The position numbers and the translations under genes are program-made. Positions 1 to 8,700 of a stretch of 64,000 nucleotides of DNA are shown in pieces. This DNA comes from an uncultured virus (IMG/VR IMGVR_UViG_3300006467_000155) (Duplodnaviria > Heunggongvirae > Uroviricota > Caudoviricetes). The DNA is taken from the IMG/VR virus record IMGVR_UViG_3300006467_000155, one strand, 5' to 3'. The notes under the pieces were generated by a model that had not been told where the DNA came from, searched no databases, and saw only the letters and a list, made by a program, of their open reading frames with translations. Position 1 is the first letter of the stretch. Every line of letters begins with the position of its first letter.

Positions 1-2
1 AC

Positions 3-659
3 CTTGTTGCCGACCCCAGCTTTGCGGTCCCCATGGATGCAGTGACTCACTCTCATGGGGCTCAGGCGTTCATCCCCTTGTGGAGACTTACTGTAGTTTG
101 CAGGCGGCATGGACGGGTGCTTCGCCGCTTTCTTTGCTACCTTGGTGCCTTGGGCCTTCACGATACCGAAATTCTTGTGCAGCCAGTCCACCTGTACCGC
201 AGACTCTACCGCTTTCTGACAGTAGTTCTCCCGAACCCAGTTGATCGAGTCCTTCTCCCCGGACAGGTGAGTCACCAGAGCTGCAAGGAAGGTACCGGTT
301 CGTCCATGGCCCCCGATGCACCCGGCATGGACTTTCTTGCCGGCGTACATTTGCTCTGCAGTCCACTCGATCAATTTTCGGAACTGGGTCACCGATTTCG
401 GGGCCTGCATATCGGTGATGGGGAAGAACACAAATTCTCCCGGTAGCCATGGCATAGACTGGGGCACCAACACGTAACCACGGTCAAAGGCAATCAGTAC
501 ATCCATGCCTTCCGGTGGGGTGTTGGTGCAGGAGCCGCCATGGATAAACAACTCTTTGCCTTCTTTGTCGATGATCTTGAGAACCGGGTGGCTCTCGTAG
601 CAACGCTTCGGCTGAGTCCAGCCATTGGATGCTTGGTTACTGTAATACGATGCGCCCAT
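3..659 (-). CDS. Dual-specificity/tyrosine (CX5R) protein phosphatase-like, runs off the window edge (absent from the ORF track)
   Basis: Manual translation from ATG at 659: MGASYYSNQ...FFPITDMQAP...KVHAGCIGGHGRTGTFLAAL...INWVRENYCQKAVES; no stop before position 1. Confidence 0.85.
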   Translation of the reverse strand, partial: MGASYYSNQASNGWTQPKRCYESHPVLKIIDKEGKELFIHGGSCTNTPPEGMDVLIAFDRGYVLVPQSMPWLPGEFVFFPITDMQAPKSVTQFRKLIEWTAEQMYAGKKVHAGCIGGHGRTGTFLAALVTHLSGEKDSINWVRENYCQKAVESAVQVDWLHKNFGIVKAQGTKVAKKAAKHPSMPPANYSKSPQGDERLSPMRVSHCIHGDRKAGVGNK

Positions 660-670
660 GTCATTTCCCC

Positions 671-1687
671 TTATGCAGCGATCAGGTCTTTCCGTTTGAG
701 TTTCTTCACCTTCACATGTGGAGTCACATAGAAGAATTCTTCTTTCTCTTTCTTGGCTTTCTTCTCCGCGACTTCCGGAGTGTTGTTCATCTTAATGGCC
801 CAAGCATGGTAGTTACCATGGGAGCCAAGTTTCATCACCTTCTCCCAGTCGATATGGGTTTCCCAATCGGCTGACAGCTTGGCGTCCCGCAACCACTCAT
901 AAGTCTTCAGGGCCGGGATCGAAATCTTGTTAAAGAACTTCATGCCTGCATTGTGGCTATAGAGCAGTTGAGGAATCTGGCCAGACCGCTGAACATCAAG
1001 CATCTGCACCAGTTCTTGGGAGTACATGTTGTAGAGCATCCCCTTGTTGAAGATGGGCCCGTTGTTGTGGCATAGCGTCCAACCGGTGTCCACCATCATT
1101 TCCGGGGTGTAAGCCGCACTTACGTACCGGTTCAGGGTCCGAGCTACTTCACCCCATGCAGGGCCACCATAGCCCCCCGAGAACTTGCCCTTGAAGAACA
1201 CGTACTCCATGAAATCCGTGTAAACCCCGAGGTTCACGTTCGGAGCACTGGACTTCAGCTTGCTCACCGCACCACCTGAACCACTGCCTTGGATACTGTT
1301 CAGGAAATTCCAGCACTCAATGGGGTAGTTAGCCACTTGTATCGCCCCCGGGTTTTGGCAGTGCCGGGTCTCCCGAGTGCAGATCATCAGCAGGTAGTAG
1401 AACAACCGCTCCATGATCTGAGAGCATTGCTGGGTGTAACCCAAGGCCACGTCCAGATGCTCTTGTGGCAACGGCTGGTCTTTGTGGTACATCAAGTTCA
1501 GTTCCGCCCATGCGTGGTTCATCATGTAGAACCTGAGGGCTTCTTCTTCCGGTTCAGCACTAGAACCCAGTGCGTTCACCCGTTGTTTCATGGTGGCCAC
1601 ACAGTCTTTAAGACTGGCATTCGTGGCATAGGTATTGGGGATCAGGAATGGCTTTTTGCTTATTTCAGCTAGGGTATTGGCTACCAC
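671..1687 (-). CDS. Hypothetical phage protein (~338 aa)
   Basis: Long ORF behind the promoter at 1722-1750; likely GTG start at 1687 after GGAGGG (track start 1702); motif-like GGYGGPAW and LCHNNGPIFNKG. Confidence 0.75.
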   Translation of the reverse strand: MVANTLAEISKKPFLIPNTYATNASLKDCVATMKQRVNALGSSAEPEEEALRFYMMNHAWAELNLMYHKDQPLPQEHLDVALGYTQQCSQIMERLFYYLLMICTRETRHCQNPGAIQVANYPIECWNFLNSIQGSGSGGAVSKLKSSAPNVNLGVYTDFMEYVFFKGKFSGGYGGPAWGEVARTLNRYVSAAYTPEMMVDTGWTLCHNNGPIFNKGMLYNMYSQELVQMLDVQRSGQIPQLLYSHNAGMKFFNKISIPALKTYEWLRDAKLSADWETHIDWEKVMKLGSHGNYHAWAIKMNNTPEVAEKKAKKEKEEFFYVTPHVKVKKLKRKDLIAA

Positions 1688-1721
1688 TTGCTTTCCCTCC
1701 ATGAGTTTTTATTACCCTGTT

Positions 1722-1750
1722 AGTATCGCCCACCCGGCTACGTTTGTCAA
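1722..1750 (-). promoter_or_regulatory. sigma70-like promoter P1
   Basis: TTGACA-N17-GATACT on the minus strand. Confidence 0.85.
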
Positions 1751-1769
1751 ATAATAACCGGGTGGCTTT

Positions 1770-1783
1770 TGACATTAATGTCA
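1770..1783. repeat. 14-bp palindrome copy (exact)
   Basis: TGACATTAATGTCA; supplies the TGA stop of 1781..2293. Confidence 0.95.
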
Positions 1784-2293
1784 CTTGATAAAGGGCAACA
1801 CCCGGGACAAGCGGATCAGGAAGGCCATCTTCTTGAGCGGCAATTCCTTCAGGAAGTCTTCTTGCTGCTTGGTCTCGATAGCGTGTCCCTTGTAGTTGTC
1901 CCGAACATACTTGATAGCCTCAACCGCCAGCGCGGCTTGGTTGGGCATCCAGTACTGAGACATGAAGCTCAGGAGGGTCATAGCCCCCATGAACAGACCG
2001 GTGCGGCCAATACCGCCCATGCAGCCCACGTACAGGCTACCGTCTTTCTTCAGGTAATAACGAGCTTTCTCCAAGCCCTTCATCATGTCTTCCGGCTCCG
2101 GCACCGAGAAGTCCCGGGTCGGAATGGCAACATCGTGGGGGAGGTCCATCAGTTCTTCGGCCATGCAGAAGCCCGGTAGGTCTTTGGGTCGATTACGGTA
2201 CGGGCCGCCGTAGATCATGCCCCGGACCTTACCGTCCGTGTACCGGATTCCCTTTAGGTCGCTTGTGCCGGGTGTTGCATCGAATCTTGCCAT
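1781..2293 (-). CDS. Dual-specificity/tyrosine (CX5R) protein phosphatase-like
   Basis: IPTRDFSVP acid loop, YVGCMGGIGRTG P-loop, YVRDNYKGHAIETKQQ. Confidence 0.85.
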   Translation of the reverse strand: MARFDATPGTSDLKGIRYTDGKVRGMIYGGPYRNRPKDLPGFCMAEELMDLPHDVAIPTRDFSVPEPEDMMKGLEKARYYLKKDGSLYVGCMGGIGRTGLFMGAMTLLSFMSQYWMPNQAALAVEAIKYVRDNYKGHAIETKQQEDFLKELPLKKMAFLIRLSRVLPFIK

Positions 2294-2609
2294 GGGTTTC
2301 TTTCCTTCTGTGGTTAGTTTTGCATTTTGGTTCAGGGCAGGTTACTTCGCTGTAAGCCGCTGTGCCCTTGCAGTGGCTACACCCATTGCCATCGCAATAA
2401 GCGCAGATATTGGGTACACGAATCTTTCCAGTACCAAAGCAGGCCTTGCACGTATTGTGCGTCTGTCTCCCCAGTAGCTCTGCTTCAAATACTCCCACTT
2501 GGATGAGGGTTCCGTTCTTCACCAGAAACACCAAGTCCAAGTGTCTTTTGTTCCCCAGCTTATGGGTCACAGGGGCGGACTTCTCCACCCTCTGGGTGAT
2601 TTCCTCCAT
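2229..2609 (-). CDS. Zinc-finger protein (DnaJ-type CxxCxGxG repeats); start uncertain
   Basis: CKACFGTG, CAYCDGNG, CSHCKG; the track start 2783 overlaps the upstream gene. Confidence 0.6.
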   Translation of the reverse strand: MEEITQRVEKSAPVTHKLGNKRHLDLVFLVKNGTLIQVGVFEAELLGRQTHNTCKACFGTGKIRVPNICAYCDGNGCSHCKGTAAYSEVTCPEPKCKTNHRRKETHGKIRCNTRHKRPKGNPVHGR

Positions 2610-2682
2610 GTCTATCACCCCAAACAGTTCCAGTAGGTCTTGCTCTGCTCCCGGGGCCAGTGTCAGCCCGGGGCCTTGCTCC

Positions 2683-2991
2683 TTACTTGGCTGCCGCTTT
2701 ACTTTTCGTATAGAGATCGCCACGCAGTACCTCAATTTCTTTCGGGGCGTCCACAACCACCCGGGCCAGTGTGTCAGAGCCACGAAGGCCGGCGCTGATT
2801 CTCACGTCTTTGTTCCAGTCAAACTTATCCAACAGCGTGGCTTCACCATCAGTTATGACATACTTGTAGTCCATGGCCGGGGTCAGGACTGTGATTTCAA
2901 ATTTGGTCGGATTGACCACCTTGGTCACTCTGATCTTGGTGTCATTGATGTAAAAATCCCGACCTTCGGGTACGCCTATTACGAGAGCCAT
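2683..2991 (-). CDS. CsrA/RsmA-like RNA-binding protein, extended
   Basis: C-terminal RVVVDAPKEIEVLRGDLY resembles the CsrA beta4-beta5-helix; N-terminus resembles CsrA beta1-3. Confidence 0.6.
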   Translation of the reverse strand: MALVIGVPEGRDFYINDTKIRVTKVVNPTKFEITVLTPAMDYKYVITDGEATLLDKFDWNKDVRISAGLRGSDTLARVVVDAPKEIEVLRGDLYTKSKAAAK

Positions 2992-2992
2992 G

Positions 2993-3397
2993 TTACGCCT
3001 CCAACTTCATGAGTTTTACGGCTTGCACAGTGGCCTTCCAAGTGCTGCCTCCTGCTACGCCTTTCTGATTGTTCAATCTCATTGCAAGCCCTTTCGCCTG
3101 CAGTACCGTTAGCTGGGATGCCGTGGTACTTGGGTCTTGGTCCAACACCGAAGCCATTACCTCCGTGGTGATTTCGGTGTACGCCACCAACCTGCCAAGA
3201 CAACTTCGGAGTTTGGTGCCCGCCCGGGGCAAGCTCCCTTCCGTGGCGGTCTCCTGTCTGTAGATCATGTACCCATCCGGAGTCTTCCGGGCGAAGTACT
3301 TTCTGAATCCACAGTGTGGGCAGTGCTGCACCAGATCGCTCCCCTCGAAATTGAGGAACGACATGTAGGTGCACTTGGGGCATTCTATCTTTGCCAA
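2993..3397 (-). CDS. Zn-ribbon plus winged-helix DNA-binding protein
   Basis: CPKC...CPHC, then TTEVMASVLDQDPSTTASQLTVLQAKGL. Confidence 0.6.
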   Translation of the reverse strand: MAKIECPKCTYMSFLNFEGSDLVQHCPHCGFRKYFARKTPDGYMIYRQETATEGSLPRAGTKLRSCLGRLVAYTEITTEVMASVLDQDPSTTASQLTVLQAKGLAMRLNNQKGVAGGSTWKATVQAVKLMKLEA

Positions 3398-3459
3398 GGC
3401 CGTAATCCTTCTGGTCTGGTTTCACACATCCTAGCGCAACCACAGGATTACTCCAACTT

Positions 3460-5580
3460 TTAGGAGAAGATTTGAAAAGCAAGTTTCTCCTCCTTGACTG
3501 GGTTCACCGGCTCAGCAATGGTCTTCCCATGGGCCTTCATCATGGCCTTCAGGGTATTGTACGTCTTGGTGTCACCCACCACGTTCTTGATGAATTCTTC
3601 ATCCGGTATGCCGTTTCCTGAGAGCAGGTCTTTCAGTGTGCCTGCGGCCTTTAGGAGCTTCACGTTCTCCGGGACTTTAAGGGTACTGACTTGCACCGTA
3701 CCCGGGAGCAGGGCCACCACTTCTCTGCCGGCTTCTCCCAGCAAGGTCATGTGGTGGTTGATCCAGTCCCGTTCCTCTTTGGTCGGGTTCTTACCCAACA
3801 TCTGAATCATCAACCTGTCTTCGGCATCCAGATTTGAAAAGGGGCCATCAAACTCGACATACAGGGTGCCAGTCACCTTCTCACCGAGGGCCCGCAACTC
3901 CTTCACAGGGTCTTCATTGAAGGTTCCTGTGCCAAGCCTCAGGCAGTAGTCCTTGGTCACCAGCAGTAGCCCTTCAGGTGGGTGGGCGTCCCCGCAGAGC
4001 AGTGACCCTGAGCCTTCTGTCAGAAGGTGAGCAGCATGGTAATTAACTTCTCCGGGTATCACTTCCTTGGCCCCAATCCAGACATTACCGGTGGAGCCAT
4101 CAATGGTGATCAGGTCACCTGACTGCACCTGTGTTCCGTCCCCCATGATCAGGGTTCCGTTGACAATGGCCAGTTCAGTGCACCCAACAACACACACCTT
4201 GTCCATGCCCCGGGCAACAACTGCCGCATGGCTGGTCAGGCCCCCGGTCTGGGTCAATATACCAACAGAGAGGTTCATAGCAACAATGTCATCAGGGGTG
4301 GTTTCTTTCCCAACCAGAATAGCCGGGTGACCCTCCTCCGAATTGATCTGCTTCACCTGATATTCCGTGAAGGCCACTCTGCCGGTAACAACCCCACCAC
4401 CAGCGGCAATACCGGTAGCCTGTGGCTTTCCTGCAGAGTCCTTGTTGATCGCGGGGGTCTTCAAAGCCAAGTACTGGGCCACAGTCACCCGGGTCAGAGC
4501 TTCCTCGGTGGTCAATACTCCCTCGCTCACCATGTCAGAGGCAATCCGGAAGGCCGCCTTGGCAGACCGTTTCCCGTTCCGACATTGGAGGATGTAGAGC
4601 TTGCCGGCTTGCACCGTGAACTCCACGTCTTGCATGTCCTTGTAGTACTCCTCCAACCGCATGGTGTGATCACAAAGTTCTTGGTAGGCCTCGGGGTTCC
4701 ACTTGTTCATCTGGTCGAGCGGGTCCGGGGTCCGGATGCCGGCCACTACGTCCTCACCCTGAGCGTTCACAAGGAACTCCCCTGTTATTACAGGGTCACC
4801 ATTGCTTGGGTTCCGGGAGAACAACACGCCAGTACAGGACTTGTCATTGAGGTTGCCGAATACCATGGACTGGATGTTGACCGCAGTGCCCCACTCATCG
4901 GGGTAGCCGTGCATTTCCCGGTAGGCTTTGGCCCGGTCACAGTTCCATGACTCGAACACCGCCGTGATCGCCCATTCCAACTGCTCAATAAAGGTGTCCG
5001 GGAATTCCGTGCTATGGGTCTGATAGACGATCTTGTAGCGCCCTATCAGGGTGTCTAGCTGGGCCACGGAAAGCTCATGATCATGGGTGACCTCGGCTGT
5101 TTTCTTCACTTCCCCCAAGGCACCTTCAAATTCTTCTTTAGGGATACCAAACACCACGTCACCCATCATTTGCATGAGGCGGCGATAGGAATCCAGTGCG
5201 GCCCGTTTACCAATGCGTTCCGCCCACTCAGGCAGTGACTCCGAAGTCAAGCCCACGTTCAATATGGTGTCCATCATACCCGGCATGGATACCCGGGCAC
5301 CCGAGCGAACACTAACCAGTGGGAAGTAGCCAAAGTGCTCCTTCAGGTCATTCAAGTGAATGTAGACTTCGTTCTTCAGCAGGTCTGTGACAACATCGTC
5401 ACCCTTACCAGAGTGCAGGTATTCATTGCAGACTTCCGTGGTGATCGTAAAGCCCGGGGGGATCGGTAGGTTCAGGTTGGCCATCTCTGCAAGGTTGGCA
5501 CCTTTGCCACCCAGCAGTTCACGCATTTCTGCGTTGCCTTCTGTTCCGAGCCCGGGGCCAAATGTGTAGGTTTTCTTCAT
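3460..5580 (-). CDS. ppdK: Pyruvate,phosphate dikinase-like protein (ATP-grasp + phospho-His domain, atypical short C-terminus)
   Basis: LLGGKGANLAEM, LVSVRSGARVSMPGMMDT, NAQGEDVVAGIRTP, QDVEFT, GGLTSHAAVVARG; likely start MKKTY at 5580. Confidence 0.9.
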   Translation of the reverse strand: MKKTYTFGPGLGTEGNAEMRELLGGKGANLAEMANLNLPIPPGFTITTEVCNEYLHSGKGDDVVTDLLKNEVYIHLNDLKEHFGYFPLVSVRSGARVSMPGMMDTILNVGLTSESLPEWAERIGKRAALDSYRRLMQMMGDVVFGIPKEEFEGALGEVKKTAEVTHDHELSVAQLDTLIGRYKIVYQTHSTEFPDTFIEQLEWAITAVFESWNCDRAKAYREMHGYPDEWGTAVNIQSMVFGNLNDKSCTGVLFSRNPSNGDPVITGEFLVNAQGEDVVAGIRTPDPLDQMNKWNPEAYQELCDHTMRLEEYYKDMQDVEFTVQAGKLYILQCRNGKRSAKAAFRIASDMVSEGVLTTEEALTRVTVAQYLALKTPAINKDSAGKPQATGIAAGGGVVTGRVAFTEYQVKQINSEEGHPAILVGKETTPDDIVAMNLSVGILTQTGGLTSHAAVVARGMDKVCVVGCTELAIVNGTLIMGDGTQVQSGDLITIDGSTGNVWIGAKEVIPGEVNYHAAHLLTEGSGSLLCGDAHPPEGLLLVTKDYCLRLGTGTFNEDPVKELRALGEKVTGTLYVEFDGPFSNLDAEDRLMIQMLGKNPTKEERDWINHHMTLLGEAGREVVALLPGTVQVSTLKVPENVKLLKAAGTLKDLLSGNGIPDEEFIKNVVGDTKTYNTLKAMMKAHGKTIAEPVNPVKEEKLAFQIFS

Positions 5581-5611
5581 CTTCCCCTCCGTGAATTTTT
5601 GGTGCAGTTCT

Positions 5612-5640
5612 AGTATCTCGCACCCCGGTACGTTTGTCAA
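5612..5640 (-). promoter_or_regulatory. sigma70-like promoter P2
   Basis: TTGACA-N17-GATACT upstream of the ppdK-like gene; no adjacent palindrome. Confidence 0.8.
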
Positions 5641-5882
5641 ACAGTTTCTTTCAGCTTGGCAAGGAATTCCTCAGGGGTTATGAGAACAACACCATTGGCC
5701 TCAGCCTTTCTGATCTTACTGGTGTTGCCGTGGCGGCCAGTGTCCCCAACCACCAAAATCTGGGTTCGTTCGGTGATTGACTTCTCTACGGTGTGGCCAT
5801 GGTCTTGGGCAACAGCTTCAAGGACAGCCCGGGTAACGTGCTCCCCATCCAATCTGAAAGTGCCAGTGAATGCAATGTTCAT
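5637..5882 (-). CDS. Stand-alone BRCT domain protein (NAD-ligase C-terminal type)
   Basis: IAFTG...TR...G....SIT..TQILVVG...SKIRKAEANGVVLITPEEFL. Confidence 0.8.
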   Translation of the reverse strand: MNIAFTGTFRLDGEHVTRAVLEAVAQDHGHTVEKSITERTQILVVGDTGRHGNTSKIRKAEANGVVLITPEEFLAKLKETV

Positions 5883-6046
5883 TGGGCGTTCCTCCGTGAG
5901 ATTTCTTCCACCAGCAAGCTCTTGTTGGTGAAGGCAGAAGGGCACACGTTTCTACGCATGTGCTTGGGGGTCTTCTCAATCAGGCGACCTAACCGAGCGT
6001 ACTCGGCTACCAGTTCTTCTCTTGTCCAATTCTTTAGGTTTTTCAT
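5879..6046 (-). CDS. Small hypothetical protein (55 aa, below the track cut-off)
   Basis: AAGGAGGG RBS, MKNLKNWTREELVAEY...; ATGA overlap with the BRCT gene. Confidence 0.6.
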   Translation of the reverse strand: MKNLKNWTREELVAEYARLGRLIEKTPKHMRRNVCPSAFTNKSLLVEEISRRNAQ

Positions 6047-6069
6047 GTCTTTCCCTCCTTGTTCTTGGT

Positions 6070-6270
6070 TTAGCGGTTGACTACGCCAACCCAGTCAATA
6101 CCATCGTTACCCAATTTCATGACCCGAACCTTCTTACCCTCGTAATTCACGAAGGCATAATGTTCACCTTCCTCCCGGTAAACCGAGCGGGTGATGGTAC
6201 GAATTCGGCTACCGATTTGGCGACCTTTAATGGTGATTTCTACTGCTTGCTTGGAAGCTACGGTGATCAT
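6070..6270 (-). CDS. Small hypothetical protein
   Basis: ORF with AAGGAGG RBS. Confidence 0.6.
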   Translation of the reverse strand: MITVASKQAVEITIKGRQIGSRIRTITRSVYREEGEHYAFVNYEGKKVRVMKLGNDGIDWVGVVNR

Positions 6271-6292
6271 GTTAATCCCTCCTTGGGGGGGC

Positions 6293-6487
6293 TTACGCCC
6301 CGACCTCTTGTTTGAGGGTAGCCACCTGTTCTTCAGTGGCCTCTTTGATGGTGATGGTAACGATGGTGAAGTGAGCCTTCACCTTGGGCTTGAGGCCCAT
6401 GCTTTCCGCTTTGAAGCGGAGGCGGGCGATGAACTTCATGTTTGAGGGATGTTGGTTGAAAGACTTGGTGAAAGTTTTGGTGTTCAT
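6293..6487 (-). CDS. Small hypothetical early protein
   Basis: ATG at 6487 after the hairpin RBS of P3. Confidence 0.65.
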   Translation of the reverse strand: MNTKTFTKSFNQHPSNMKFIARLRFKAESMGLKPKVKAHFTIVTITIKEATEEQVATLKQEVGA

Positions 6488-6526
6488 CGGGTATCCCTCC
6501 TTGGGATGTATATTTGCTGTACTTTC

Positions 6527-6555
6527 AGTATCAACTACCCCCGGCAATTTGTCAA
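6527..6555 (-). promoter_or_regulatory. sigma70-like promoter P3
   Basis: TTGACA-N17-GATACT followed by the GAAAGTACAGCAAA leader. Confidence 0.85.
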
Positions 6556-6565
6556 ATAAAAGAAC

Positions 6566-6593
6566 AAAAAAAAGCCGCCCCCGCTGAGCGGCT
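6566..6593 (-). terminator. Intrinsic terminator at the end of the structural/lysis operon
   Basis: AGCCGC...GCGGCT stem followed by a T8 tract on the minus strand. Confidence 0.75.
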
Positions 6594-6595
6594 AG

Positions 6596-6609
6596 TGACA
6601 TTAATGTCA
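6596..6609. repeat. 14-bp palindrome copy (exact; extends to 18 bp AGTGACATTAATGTCACT)
   Basis: Supplies the stop of 6607..7122. Confidence 0.95.
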
Positions 6610-7122
6610 CTCAATGGATTGCACCCGAGAAACAAACCGGCACATACGAAGGAACTCCCCCGGTGCCGGGGTCTGGGAGAACTTAACACCGCAGGCCTCC
6701 CAGATACGCGCAACAAATGTTGAGCACACTATACCTCTAGTGCGTCTACGCTTACCTGTCAACTGATGCCACCACACACGGAACAGAGACAGGTAGCCAT
6801 ACTTGCTCTCTCGGTAGTGGAAGGCCAGCTCTCGGGCCACGTCTGGCTGTTGGTAGACCTTCTCTGGGGCGTACCCGATATACAGGTTGCCAGACTTGCT
6901 ACGCAGGTAATCATCTATCCATAGGGAGGCAGGCCGCAGGCGGTAGCCCACAAACTCCTTCATCTCTGCCACCCATAGGGTTTCATTGATCCAGATGAAC
7001 ACTGCCACATGGCTGATCTGCTGGGCCGTGAGCATCTTGATCAGTGTGCTCACGAACCCTTTGCCTTCACACAGAAGCAGGTCACCTGACTGGATATGTG
7101 GTCGCTCATCCAAGTACTTCAT
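6607..7122 (-). CDS. Permuted papain-like (NlpC/P60, YaeF/YiiX-type) amidase
   Basis: GDLLL, SHVAV (His), Y.Y, then CSTFVARIW (Cys): permuted order. Confidence 0.75.
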   Translation of the reverse strand: MKYLDERPHIQSGDLLLCEGKGFVSTLIKMLTAQQISHVAVFIWINETLWVAEMKEFVGYRLRPASLWIDDYLRSKSGNLYIGYAPEKVYQQPDVARELAFHYRESKYGYLSLFRVWWHQLTGKRRRTRGIVCSTFVARIWEACGVKFSQTPAPGEFLRMCRFVSRVQSIE

Positions 7123-7568
7123 CAGCCACTACCCTCCACTACGAGCTTGGCGGCGTCTTCGATCCAGAACAATACCTGAGACAGCTTTACCTTGTCTTCG
7201 GCATCGAGAACAGTATCGGTGTACCTCCGTTCGAGGTCTTCCCTCACTACGGTTATCACCTTGTCAATGAGACGCTGGTCGGCCAAGGCCATGGAGTCCC
7301 AATTGATCCGCATTCGGATTTCTTTTTCCACGGCCCTCAGGGTCACCGATTGATCCGAGTCAATTCCTTGTCGGACTTCCTTTACGATTTCCTGAGTTTT
7401 CTTGGCCCGGTCAACATCACCGTCCAGAACTCGCATAGTGGCCTGCTCAACCACAATCCACGCAGACAGAGGGTGCTCCTCCACCGCGTTCAGGACACTG
7501 CAACCGCTCATTAGCAGAGCCATGGTAATAGCCGTGAAGGCTACCCAGTACTTCTCCACACGTTTCAT
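7122..7568 (-). CDS. Lipoprotein in the lysis cassette
   Basis: Signal peptide with lipobox LLMSGC. Confidence 0.7.
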   Translation of the reverse strand: MKRVEKYWVAFTAITMALLMSGCSVLNAVEEHPLSAWIVVEQATMRVLDGDVDRAKKTQEIVKEVRQGIDSDQSVTLRAVEKEIRMRINWDSMALADQRLIDKVITVVREDLERRYTDTVLDAEDKVKLSQVLFWIEDAAKLVVEGSG

Positions 7569-7578
7569 GCTTCTCTCC

Positions 7579-8037
7579 TTACACCCAGTCCCGGGTGTTG
7601 TCGATTATCCGGAAATCAAATTCATCCCGGTCTGCCACCTCCTCAAGGAACCGGTAGTAGCCCCGCCCCTTGTGAGTCTTGCTACCCAATACTGCAGTCA
7701 TCCCTTCCAGCACCCCGAAGTAGCTCCCAACAACTATACACCCCTCGGTGTTCGTGTGGGCATTACCACCATGGAATAGGATATGGCTTCGATCTTTCAC
7801 ATCCATGACTTGGAAGGTGTCTCCGAAAGTCGGGCTTTCTTGGAAATTATAATCTGGGCTCTTTCGGCACCGAAGCGCCTTGTAGTCCCCAGCAGGAATG
7901 CAGGAGACGTAGGGCTTGTTGTCCCGCCAACGATCCTCCACAGTCAGGGCTATAGGGGTCTGTCGAAAAATCAGAACCCCAAAGGTGCCATGTACGTTAT
8001 CGAGTATTCTACGAAGAATCATGTCCGGGAAATTCAT
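7579..8037 (-). CDS. DUF5675-like protein, putative endolysin
   Basis: TFGVL, SCIPAGDY, HILFHGGN...TEGCIVVG; lies next to the holin. Confidence 0.7.
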   Translation of the reverse strand: MNFPDMILRRILDNVHGTFGVLIFRQTPIALTVEDRWRDNKPYVSCIPAGDYKALRCRKSPDYNFQESPTFGDTFQVMDVKDRSHILFHGGNAHTNTEGCIVVGSYFGVLEGMTAVLGSKTHKGRGYYRFLEEVADRDEFDFRIIDNTRDWV

Positions 8038-8039
8038 GG

Positions 8040-8699
8040 CTATATCCTCAGCGTGTGACCAATTCGTTGGGCAATCTTGACCAGATCGGTCTGGCTGTTA
8101 TCGACTTCCCCGTTCTCATCTATATGGGCGAACAGGTCATCATGCGGTGCCAGAAAATCCAGTCCCATCCACCCTTCAAGTTGGCTACGTGAATTCAGGA
8201 TGGGTATAGCCCGGAAGATCACTGTCCCCCGGTCTTTCAGCATTTGCTTCCAATGGTAATCGTGCAGGTCGTCCGTCCGCATCACCATGGAATCCCCCTG
8301 CACCAGCTTATGGAACAGGTGGGGTAGTTGGGTAACCAGAATCTCGGCCTTCTGTGGTCCGATGGTGGTCACACCTTCCCGCACCACTTCATGGGTGCAG
8401 GTCATGTTCAGTTGTGACACGTCATTGCTGTAATACGTGCCATTGGAGAATTGGTAGACGTAGGCCCGGTCTGCACCAGTTGCCAGCTTGGCTTCCGTCA
8501 ACAAGGTATTCACATTCAGCGCCGTGCTTATCTGCTCAGGCAAAGCGTTGTACTTCAGCCAGCGTCGAATCCGTTTGCTTACCTTGATGCTGATTTGGAT
8601 GATAGCCGCTGCTATGAAAGATGACACAGCAATCACAAACTCGTTCCAGAAGTTTGAAACGGCGGAGGTCACAGAATCCCACATAACTTTCCTCGTCAT
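8040..8699 (-). CDS. Putative holin (single TM + GAF-like soluble domain, T4 T-like architecture)
   Basis: One N-terminal hydrophobic helix, then ADRAYVYQF..N and GWMGLDF; position before the endolysin candidate. Confidence 0.55.
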   Translation of the reverse strand: MTRKVMWDSVTSAVSNFWNEFVIAVSSFIAAAIIQISIKVSKRIRRWLKYNALPEQISTALNVNTLLTEAKLATGADRAYVYQFSNGTYYSNDVSQLNMTCTHEVVREGVTTIGPQKAEILVTQLPHLFHKLVQGDSMVMRTDDLHDYHWKQMLKDRGTVIFRAIPILNSRSQLEGWMGLDFLAPHDDLFAHIDENGEVDNSQTDLVKIAQRIGHTLRI

Positions 8700-8700
8700 A

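Noticed and set aside
88..450. 120-aa minus-strand ORF
   Set aside because: It is an alternative frame overlapping the phosphatase ORF 3..659, which has a clear catalytic motif.
6594..6611. Identifying the palindrome as host matS, CRP or FNR sites
   Set aside because: The arms resemble matS (GTGAC..GTCAC), but the centre is 6 bp rather than 3, and the half-site spacing does not fit CRP or FNR.
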